Shown piece after piece: positions 25,004-33,875 of a stretch of 64,000 nucleotides of DNA (position 1 is its first letter; each line of letters opens with the position of its first letter). A model generated the notes under the pieces. That model was not told where the DNA came from and ran no database searches. It saw only the letters and a list, made by a program, of their open reading frames with translations. Location of the stretch: NCBI GenBank assembly GCA_001643675.2, contig LSRY02000017.1, positions 496,001 through 560,000 on the forward strand, written 5' to 3'. A program made the translations under genes and the position numbers. Source of the stretch: Monocercomonoides exilis PA203 (taxonomy: Eukaryota; Protista; Preaxostyla).

Positions 25004-28000
25004 ATGGTGAGGTGCTCCACCAACATGAAAGCTGCATTCCGTTTTGCTACATTGTTGTTGCTTGTTGTCCACAGCTGCAGCTGCAGAGGCATTGAAGAAA
25101 GACAAATTCAACAAATATGCGATGAGGAGATGCCAAAAGTCGAGATCAACATTTCAGACGAAAAAGGAACGAATAGCAATATTTATTCGATTCGAAGGGA
25201 AGTGATCGGGAATGCAGCTGGCAACCGGCTGTGTTGTGCTGAAACAAGTCTTGTAATCGTCAACAGCTCGTTGTGCGTGAGCCGCCTCACCATGGTGCCT
25301 CTCAGCGGCTTTGCGTTTGTCACTGCCCACAAGCGCTCAGCTGCCACCATTCTCTCCTCTGCCTGCCAAATCCACACACACCACAATCACAATCACAAGC
25401 ACCACCCACTCTTCCTCTCTGCACACAGCTCCCTCTCACTCACGAACTTCTCCCTCCTCATCCCTCAACCGGCCATCCTCTCCTTCCCCTTCTTCTCCAC
25501 CCCAAATTATCTCTTCTCTTCTTCCCACTCCACAATCCCTGCCTCCTTCTTCATCTCCCACTCCTCTTTCTCCTCTTTCGTCCCCCTCCACCAGCCCTTC
25601 CTTTTTTCCCCTTCTTCCTCTCTCCACCCCCAAATCCGCCTCAATCTCCATCTCTCAAGCACGCTCTTCTCCAACATCTCTTCTCTCTCACCACATTTAA
25701 CACGAACACCATTTTCCTCATACTCACCCAATCCATTCTCCACCACAACCACAACCATAACAAACAACGCACACAACTCATTCGCCACAACCACTTCCAT
25801 TTCCAACGCCATGTCAATCCCCTCCTTCTCCATTCGCTCATGCCTCTCTATCCACTCAACTCTCTTCCACCACACCCACAACCCCATCGATGGTTCCATT
25901 CTCCCCTCACTCAACAGCCCATCCACTTCTCTCTCTGCCGTCAACACATCTTTCCTTCGCCAAACACGATCTTCTCCAAATGTTCCAATTGTATATGTTG
26001 GAATTGAAACAGACAGAAAGAGACCAGATAGATTGGATTCGTTTGATGAGAACAGCCATAAATTTGAATGGTGCGAATGGAATGGTTCAACTGGTGGATC
26101 AAATCATGGAGGTGCACTTTATGTTGTTTGCACAAATGCAAATCTTGCAATCACATCTTGTTCGTTTTTCAATTGTTCAAGTGGTGATCATGGCGGAGCG
26201 TTATACTGTAATCGTTCGTTGAAGTTAAACATCTTAAAATCAAATTTCACAAGCTGTACAGCTGCTCATGCAGGAGCAGCTTATGTTGGATATCCACAGT
26301 CTAATTCTGCTTATTCATTCCCAGAAAACAGAGTGGAAAGTTGTTCAATAACAAGCGGAATTGGAAGTGGTTGGTATTTTGCTCTAGCAAATAATCAAAC
26401 AAATTTTCAATTCTTGTTTTCCAAATGCAAGAGTATCTCAAATTCCGGTGGAGATTCAGCTGGCGCTCTTTTATTGGATTGGCCTCCACAAAATAAACCA
26501 AATCAATTTTTGATTGATGATTGCCAATTCATAAATAACAAATTAACAAGTTCATCAGCTTTCAATGGTGGCGCTGGGCTGTGCTGCACAACCACTTTCA
26601 CTTGGATGAGCGGGTTCAAATTCATCACATTTTGTTTCTTCGATGGCAACACTGCAACTAATGGCAGGGGAAATGATGTGTTCTTCAATGGCAATGCAAT
26701 CACTCAATCTCCATTTGAGAATTGTGGATCAACAACCCCAGCTAAAAGAGTGTGGAATAGCAATACAGCTGACAATGCAGTGTACAATGGCTGGCTTCCA
26801 ATCATCAACCAGAACAAAATCGTAGCAAACAACGGGGAAGATATCGATGCCTGTGGCAAAACACAACAAAGCCCATGTGCTACAGTGGAGTATGCCCTTA
26901 GATGCGTTGCTCCCTTCAGCAATGCCTCCCTCTCTCTTCTCATCTCCACTTTCACTCCCACAAAGACTCTCACATTCCGTGCCCCAAATACAAAAATCAC
27001 TGGAAATGGCACAACTACCACAACTATCGCCTCCAGTGGCATTCCCCAACCAACTTCTTCCTCTCCATCATTTTTATCATCCTCTTCACCAGATCCATCT
27101 GCCTCGTCTGCCCTCTTTGCACAAACTCAGGGCTCCCTCACAGTCTCTGCCCTCGCCATCGCCCACAACTCCACTAATCCCATTACCCCCATCCTCTTCC
27201 ACCTCTCCCAAAACTCCCCTTCCCTCAACCTCAATACAACCACCATCACTGGAGTTGCCTCCAATTCAATAAAAACACCCATCTTCTTCCTCACTGCTGG
27301 CTCCCTCGCCCTCAACCACACAGCAATCACAAAACTCATCCTCAACAACCCCAGCATCTTCCATCTCACCTCCCTCATCGCTCCCCTCACCCTCAACTCC
27401 TCCAACATCACCGACATCACCTCCACATCTACCCCCGCAAGCTGTGTCCTCTCCTCTACCACCTCCCCTGTCCTCACTCTCTCCATCACCAACTGCACCA
27501 TGAACAACATCAGCTCATCACAGCTGAACCAACAGGCTGTCACCAATGGAGGATGCATCTCATTCGCCTCATCTGCCTCTGACAATGCATTTTCGGTGAG
27601 CAACGCCACGTTCTCCAGCTGTTGTGTGAGCGAGGATGCGAGTTCCGGAGGAAGAGGCGGAGGGATATATCTGGATTGCAGCCTGAATGAAGAAGGATTT
27701 CAGCTTTCATCAATATCGTTTTCTGGGTGCAGGGCAACAGTCGGGAAGAACATTTTTGTGAAAAGCAGCAATTTGATGAATTGTGTGAATACAGAGCGTT
27801 TTGCAATTGTTAACACAGATTACGTGGAGGATGGAAATGCATTTGTTGGAGAAGATGCGATTTATGGAGAAATGGATCTCCGAGTGTTTCTTGTATCTAT
27901 GAAGTGGATAGTTGTGTCTGTGTCGAAGGATGGGCACGACACATTGGGATGTGGAAGTGAAATATTCCCATGCAAATCACTGAAAAGTGGAATTGACCAC

Positions 28001-31000
28001 ATTGACAGAAGTGAGACAGAAGGAGAAAGGAAAGTGAATGTGAGAGATGAAGGGACAATTGAAGATATTAATTCATTCACAGATACACTTGTGATTGATG
28101 GGTGCTTGAATGAGGATGATGCCATTAAACACAGGCCAATTCATTTTGAAGGGACTATTAATGGAGATTCTGCAGCAACTTCATCTGTTATTTCATCAGC
28201 AGTTTCACTCAGTTTGTATTCTTTAAAGTTACAGATCCCAAGTCAATTTGAGCCAAACATGAATTCGTTGATCTCATCGAGTGGGATTCTTCAACTCAAA
28301 AACTGTTCATTTGAAAACCAATCATCAGATATCATTCAATACTCGTTGATAACCACAACAAGTGGGAGTTGCACATTGAAAGGATGTAGTTTGGTAGATT
28401 CTTCATTTATCATTTCACCACTGGTGATGGCTTCTTCTATTTTGCTTGAAAACAGCAATTTTTCAAATATTGTCAACACAGTCAGCAAAGAAGGAGGCGT
28501 TGCAAAAGTGACATTGAAAGAGAATGAAAAGCTGGAGATCAAATCGACAAATGTTTCATCTTGTTCACTTTTAACAACAAATGGAAAAGGAGGGTTCTTG
28601 TATTTGGATTGTCAAAATTGTTTGAATGAAACACCATTTCTTTTGGAAGGTGTAACGTTTGATAGCAACAAAGCAGATATTGGAAAGAATATGTTCATTT
28701 TGGGAAAGGATTTCAACATTTCCGTAACGAATGACTCATTCAAGTTTGATTATTCATCAATGAAGGATGATGGTAACTTATTTGTTGGAAGTGATGATTT
28801 TCATCAAGAAAAGGATTTATTCATGTTTTTGAGTCCATTCAGCTCAACTGAGATATTTATCTCATCGAATGGATTTGATGTGTCACGTTGTGGAAGTGAA
28901 GAAGAGCCATGCTTCACAATGTGGAAAGGGATGGAAAACATGAAAGAGGGAGATGAAATGAAAACAATACAAATTGAAGGATCAACAATTATTCGAGATT
29001 CATTCAATGTTTCCAATTATCAGATCAAAAAGAATGTGAAGATGGGAGAAGAGAATGTGAAAGCGATATTGAATTTTGAAAAGGCAACTGATAGTCAGCT
29101 AGAATATTTCATAGAAAATGATATTCACCTTGAATTGTCCAACATCCAACTTCAACTGTCAACTGGATTTGACAATTCGGACAAAACGATTATTTCAAAC
29201 AAAAATGGAGCTTTGGTGATAACTGGATGTTCATTCCATTCAGAAGCAGGAGTGAACAATGGATTAGATTGCGTATTTGTGGATGCGATTGGAGGAAGTG
29301 TGGAAGTGGATGATTTGTCGATTGAATCGTGCAATGTTGGAAACAGTATTTTTGTCATTCATGATTCTGGAATTACTTGCCATTTTGTGAATGTTCGAGT
29401 GGATTCGTTAAATGAAAGCGGCGGACGCATTTTATCAATCAAGAAATCTGAATCAGGATTGAAGATAAATGAAGTGGGTGAGGAAATGAGTCTCAACATT
29501 GATAATTCGTCATTTTCAGGAGTGAAGAGAAGTGACAATGGAGCGAGCATTTTGGAATCAAAGAGTGAGAATAAGATTTGTTTGGTTGTGAATGAGAGCA
29601 ACTTTGCAGAAGACAAAGCAGAATTGAGTGAAAAAGGAGGGGCGATATTCTTCACATTGGGTGCATCTGGATCAATGAAAATGATTGACTCAACAATCAG
29701 CCATTGCAGCTGCAGCGACAGCACGGGAAGAGGAGGAGGGGTGTATTTGGCAACAAAGGAAAGAGGAGAATTGGATTTCACATTTATGGGAATGAAGTTC
29801 AGTGCTAACACAGCAAGAGTGGGGGATGACATTTTCATTGAATGTTTCAACATCTTATCCCAGATCAACGAAAGCCAATTTCGATTTGATCTTCGAGAAG
29901 GCCATTACACCAGAATTAATGCGATATATGGAAGAGACGAATGTGATTATCCAATCGATACGGATCTGATTGATTTTGTGACGATCCATCAGAGCGACAC
30001 AATAATTGTGAGCAGTGTGAATGGATCGAATGAGAGGCAATGTGGAACAAACACACTTCCATGTACTTCGATTGATTATGGACTGATGCATCTGACTTCA
30101 GATTTCATGAGTCTGATGTTCATTGTTGAGGAGAGCGTGATTGGTGATGAGGTGAATCTGAAGGAGATGAGTTTGAGTTCGAAGAACAGAGAGATGTGCA
30201 AAGTTAAAGTGAAATCAAACATTGAAAAAACAAGAGAGACATTGATGACAACAGCAGGAACAGTTTCATTGCTGAGAGTGAACTTTGTGTTTGATTCGAA
30301 TTTCAATTCTCGACATGATTCACTGATATCACCAGAGGGAGGGATTCTTGAAATAATGAATTGTTCATTCACCTCAAAACAATCGGCGGATGGAGAAAAT
30401 GCTGATTTTGCAAACATTCCATTTCACATCATTAATATGGCAAAAGGAGAATTACAACTTGATGGATGCATAGCATCAAATCTTATTCTTCAAGAATCTA
30501 CATTATATCTTTCATCACCACTCCCATCAGTCATTGATTCATTAACGATTTGCAATTCAACAATTTCAAAACCTCTATTAGATATTAATGAATTCGGTCA
30601 ATTGAATATGGACAGATTGAAGGTTGAAAATATCACAGTTGAAGGAAATGAAGAATCATTGATATCTTGCCTGTCAATGAAAAAGACAATGCAGTTAACG
30701 AATTGCACAATGGGTAAAGTCAGTTCAAAGACTACAAAAGGTAAATTGATGAAATTGGAGAATTGCACAGATGTGAAAATGGACAGTTGCATTTTTGATG
30801 GGAGCGCAAAGGAAAGAAATGAAAAGAATTTGAATGCAGGAGAAGATGAGATGTGCAAATGGAATGGATCTCTTGTGGATATTGCGAAGAGTTCTGTGAT
30901 GACGAAAGACACAACAATCTCGAATTCACCAGAAGGAGGAATAACAATGAGTGGAGGGGCATTGACCGTTAATGATGGAAGATTTGAGAACAATAATCCA

Positions 31001-32854
31001 TCAATTGAAGGATATCCATCACTGAGAAGAAACATCATATGTTCTGATTCAGGAACATTGAATGTGATGAGTTTGAAAGGAGGAGATGGATTGGAGAGAA
31101 ACACATCACTTTGGATGTTGAATGATGGTTGCAACTTTGAAGGGATTGCTTCTGAGAGAGGTTCATCATTTTTCATTCCTGTATTAGAGAGTGTGGAAGC
31201 AAAAGAAGAGACAGATAGAATGAAGCTGACATTCAAAGGATTGCTTCTTGTTCCATGCAATTTGTCATTCTCAATTGTGAAGAGAAAGGGAGAAGAGAAA
31301 GAGATTGAAAAATACATGTTTGACGGAAATGGATTCTTATCAGAAAAAGAAGCAGAAGGAAGTGCAACAAATGATCTCCTCAGTAGCTGTGGAGACGAAA
31401 TAGAAGTTAGTGTATGCATCCTCTTTGGCAATGCAGAGTCTCCTTCCTCAACAAATCCATTCATTCTGAAGAATGTGAGCGAAACAAAGGAAAACGGAAA
31501 TGAAAGGATTGTTGAAGGAGGAGAAGAACGAAAATCATTTTGGCCGGTCATTGTAATTGCTCTTGTTGTAGTTTTATTGATTGTGCTCATTGTTTCAATA
31601 ATATTGGCTGTTCGATGGAGAAAGCAAAAGAGAAGGACAAAGGAATTGGAGGAGATTGTGAATGATAACATCAGAAAGGATCCGAAGGCGTTTGAGATGG
31701 TGACGATGGATATGTCGCCTGAGGAGCAGTGGAGGAAAGCAGAAAGGGAGGCAGAGAAGAAGAATGATGAAAGGATCAAGAAGAGGGTGTATGAGAAAAG
31801 TTTGGGACACTCGAAGTCATCAGAGCATCTTCTCTCTGAGAGTGGTTCAACAGAATACATTTTGGGGAGAGATTCAGACAAGATTCCTCAATGGGCACTG
31901 GAGAAAGATGAGGAAGAGGAGGATGATACAAGAAAGAGAACACCTTCACCTTCCATTTCGTCTATTTCATCCACTACAACAACTGATTCGGATTCAACAT
32001 TTGTTCAATCAGAAAGTCTGTGCCCCACCACCTCATCGATGTCGAACTTGGTGGATGCAATGGCCTGCTCATCTCCACACGAAAAGTTGATTGTGGATCT
32101 GAGGGATTCGCTGTTCATGCTGTTGCACGTAAGTAACGAGAAGAAAGAGATGGCTATTGGAAGCTTGAAGGAGAGGGAGCAGACAGCTTCCCAAATCCTG
32201 TTCTGGGTGGCCAATTTGGCACTCCACTCGTTTGACGAAATGGAAAACCCACTCCAATCCCTGACCAATCTCAGCCCCCACATTGTGTTGTTATCAGAGC
32301 ATATGGTCATCTGCATTGTGATGCACTCAGATCTTTTATCAGATGACTCAGAATCATCTTCCATCTCTTCATCGACTGTTGTGACATCTGCAAGTGATGA
32401 TGAGGAGGAGGAAGACTCTCTTCCTTCATCAGCGTTTGAGGATGAGAACGATTTCAAAAAAGAGTGTCTGAGGTGGAAGGCGCCAGAGCTTTTGATGAAC
32501 AAGAAGATGGGAGCAACAAAGAAGTCGGTGGTGTTTTCGATTGGGATGATGGCGTGGGAGTGTCTGACGCTTCAGATCCCGTTTGGGGAGTATCCGACAG
32601 AGGTGGCTGGGTCTAAGATTGTGAATGGGGAGAGACCTACATTGGAGGAGTTACAAGCAAACTCATATTTTGAAACCATCAAGAATTGCATTTCTTCATC
32701 AGCAGAAGACCGTCCGTCGCTCACGCAACTGAAGCGTGAGTTCATAAAGCGCTTTCCAGCAGAGATGGTGATTGTAACTATGTCAGATGCAATTGATTTA
32801 GAAAATTCCTCTGAAGAAAAGGAACTGAAAAAAAAGTGGACCTACCAAAATTGA
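25004..32854 (+). CDS. Giant intronless type-I membrane protein (2616 aa): signal peptide, repeated pectin-lyase-like beta-helix modules, TM, degenerate kinase-like tail
   Basis: Signal-like FATLLLLVVHSCSC. GGAL/GGGI/GGAI and FxxN motifs and four V-S-x-x-G-x-D/N...CG....PC caps. TM WPVIVIALVVVLLIVLIVSIILAV followed by RWRK. Kinase C-lobe motifs RWKAPELL, VFSIGMMAWECLT, IPF, GERP, RPSL. Confidence 0.88.
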   Translation: MVRCSTNMKAAFRFATLLLLVVHSCSCRGIEERQIQQICDEEMPKVEINISDEKGTNSNIYSIRREVIGNAAGNRLCCAETSLVIVNSSLCVSRLTMVPLSGFAFVTAHKRSAATILSSACQIHTHHNHNHKHHPLFLSAHSSLSLTNFSLLIPQPAILSFPFFSTPNYLFSSSHSTIPASFFISHSSFSSFVPLHQPFLFSPSSSLHPQIRLNLHLSSTLFSNISSLSPHLTRTPFSSYSPNPFSTTTTTITNNAHNSFATTTSISNAMSIPSFSIRSCLSIHSTLFHHTHNPIDGSILPSLNSPSTSLSAVNTSFLRQTRSSPNVPIVYVGIETDRKRPDRLDSFDENSHKFEWCEWNGSTGGSNHGGALYVVCTNANLAITSCSFFNCSSGDHGGALYCNRSLKLNILKSNFTSCTAAHAGAAYVGYPQSNSAYSFPENRVESCSITSGIGSGWYFALANNQTNFQFLFSKCKSISNSGGDSAGALLLDWPPQNKPNQFLIDDCQFINNKLTSSSAFNGGAGLCCTTTFTWMSGFKFITFCFFDGNTATNGRGNDVFFNGNAITQSPFENCGSTTPAKRVWNSNTADNAVYNGWLPIINQNKIVANNGEDIDACGKTQQSPCATVEYALRCVAPFSNASLSLLISTFTPTKTLTFRAPNTKITGNGTTTTTIASSGIPQPTSSSPSFLSSSSPDPSASSALFAQTQGSLTVSALAIAHNSTNPITPILFHLSQNSPSLNLNTTTITGVASNSIKTPIFFLTAGSLALNHTAITKLILNNPSIFHLTSLIAPLTLNSSNITDITSTSTPASCVLSSTTSPVLTLSITNCTMNNISSSQLNQQAVTNGGCISFASSASDNAFSVSNATFSSCCVSEDASSGGRGGGIYLDCSLNEEGFQLSSISFSGCRATVGKNIFVKSSNLMNCVNTERFAIVNTDYVEDGNAFVGEDAIYGEMDLRVFLVSMKWIVVSVSKDGHDTLGCGSEIFPCKSLKSGIDHIDRSETEGERKVNVRDEGTIEDINSFTDTLVIDGCLNEDDAIKHRPIHFEGTINGDSAATSSVISSAVSLSLYSLKLQIPSQFEPNMNSLISSSGILQLKNCSFENQSSDIIQYSLITTTSGSCTLKGCSLVDSSFIISPLVMASSILLENSNFSNIVNTVSKEGGVAKVTLKENEKLEIKSTNVSSCSLLTTNGKGGFLYLDCQNCLNETPFLLEGVTFDSNKADIGKNMFILGKDFNISVTNDSFKFDYSSMKDDGNLFVGSDDFHQEKDLFMFLSPFSSTEIFISSNGFDVSRCGSEEEPCFTMWKGMENMKEGDEMKTIQIEGSTIIRDSFNVSNYQIKKNVKMGEENVKAILNFEKATDSQLEYFIENDIHLELSNIQLQLSTGFDNSDKTIISNKNGALVITGCSFHSEAGVNNGLDCVFVDAIGGSVEVDDLSIESCNVGNSIFVIHDSGITCHFVNVRVDSLNESGGRILSIKKSESGLKINEVGEEMSLNIDNSSFSGVKRSDNGASILESKSENKICLVVNESNFAEDKAELSEKGGAIFFTLGASGSMKMIDSTISHCSCSDSTGRGGGVYLATKERGELDFTFMGMKFSANTARVGDDIFIECFNILSQINESQFRFDLREGHYTRINAIYGRDECDYPIDTDLIDFVTIHQSDTIIVSSVNGSNERQCGTNTLPCTSIDYGLMHLTSDFMSLMFIVEESVIGDEVNLKEMSLSSKNREMCKVKVKSNIEKTRETLMTTAGTVSLLRVNFVFDSNFNSRHDSLISPEGGILEIMNCSFTSKQSADGENADFANIPFHIINMAKGELQLDGCIASNLILQESTLYLSSPLPSVIDSLTICNSTISKPLLDINEFGQLNMDRLKVENITVEGNEESLISCLSMKKTMQLTNCTMGKVSSKTTKGKLMKLENCTDVKMDSCIFDGSAKERNEKNLNAGEDEMCKWNGSLVDIAKSSVMTKDTTISNSPEGGITMSGGALTVNDGRFENNNPSIEGYPSLRRNIICSDSGTLNVMSLKGGDGLERNTSLWMLNDGCNFEGIASERGSSFFIPVLESVEAKEETDRMKLTFKGLLLVPCNLSFSIVKRKGEEKEIEKYMFDGNGFLSEKEAEGSATNDLLSSCGDEIEVSVCILFGNAESPSSTNPFILKNVSETKENGNERIVEGGEERKSFWPVIVIALVVVLLIVLIVSIILAVRWRKQKRRTKELEEIVNDNIRKDPKAFEMVTMDMSPEEQWRKAEREAEKKNDERIKKRVYEKSLGHSKSSEHLLSESGSTEYILGRDSDKIPQWALEKDEEEEDDTRKRTPSPSISSISSTTTTDSDSTFVQSESLCPTTSSMSNLVDAMACSSPHEKLIVDLRDSLFMLLHVSNEKKEMAIGSLKEREQTASQILFWVANLALHSFDEMENPLQSLTNLSPHIVLLSEHMVICIVMHSDLLSDDSESSSISSSTVVTSASDDEEEEDSLPSSAFEDENDFKKECLRWKAPELLMNKKMGATKKSVVFSIGMMAWECLTLQIPFGEYPTEVAGSKIVNGERPTLEELQANSYFETIKNCISSSAEDRPSLTQLKREFIKRFPAEMVIVTMSDAIDLENSSEEKELKKKWTYQN

Positions 32855-33299
32855 TGAATAAGGGAAAAAAACATGGGAGAATGCCGCACAATGAAAAATC
32901 CAACAATAAATAAGGTGAATCATTTCGATGAATAAATGTATTTTAGCAGCTGTGAAAGGTATTTCTTTCTTCAGATTCTTTGAATGAAGCAGAATAAAAG
33001 GTTTTTTTTTGTTGATATGTATTCCGTGTAAAGTTGTATTTTATTTTTATTATGTTTTTGAATGAAGCTCACAAAATTTCATCTGTCTTGATTGAGCTCA
33101 AAGATTATTTAATGCAAACAATAGTTGATATGAATTCTTGACTTAACGATTTTTCTATCAATTTCATTTCACAATTTTTCATAGAAACACTCGCAAAAGA
33201 GCTGTCATTTTGTTTTTGAGACGTTGCAAGTTCATCATTGTTTTTGAATGTCTATATGAATTTATTAATTCATTCGGTTTTATTCACAATTCGTAAATA

Positions 33300-33456
33300 G
33301 TTTTTTTATTTTTTTTATTTTTATTTTTATTTTTTTTTTTTTTTTTTTTTTTTTTGTTATGTGTGTGCGTGTGTATGTATGTATGTATGTATGTGTATGT
33401 GTATGTGTATGTGTGTGTATGTGTATGTGTGTATGTGTATGTATGTGTGTGTGTTT
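33300..33456. repeat. T-tract followed by a (TGTA)/(TGTGTA)n microsatellite
   Basis: Read directly; source of the spurious THTHTY ORF. Confidence 0.9.
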
Positions 33457-33786
33457 GTTGGACGAATTTATATTTATAAGTTTTCAATTATCAAGATATG
33501 AAATGTTTTCGTGTTGAAATTATTTCGAATTTTTATCGTTTGCGCTGTTAATTGCTCTTTCAAAGGAAATTCTTCATTTTTCAACAGTTTATTCTCAAAT
33601 AAAAATCAAAAATGAAATGTAAAATGTCTTATCCTTTTGTCTATTGAAAAAATGCTTTCTTTTTTTCAAAAACTTAAGTTGGATATCTTTCTCGCAAAAC
33701 CAATTAATCAGAAATATTAAATGTTATATGTCATAAATTACTGAAATTTTATTGCATAAAATAGAAAAGAAGGAATAAAGAATAAT

Positions 33787-33820
<34 letters not shown>

Positions 33821-33875
33821 TTTTGTGGATAATTAGATCAGATATTTACGTAATATAATTTTTTGTAAAAATTTT

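Noticed and set aside
30598-32502. Long antisense ORFs conserved between the two receptor genes (also 59003-60304)
   Set aside because: Their similarity follows from sense-strand conservation; there is no independent coding signal.
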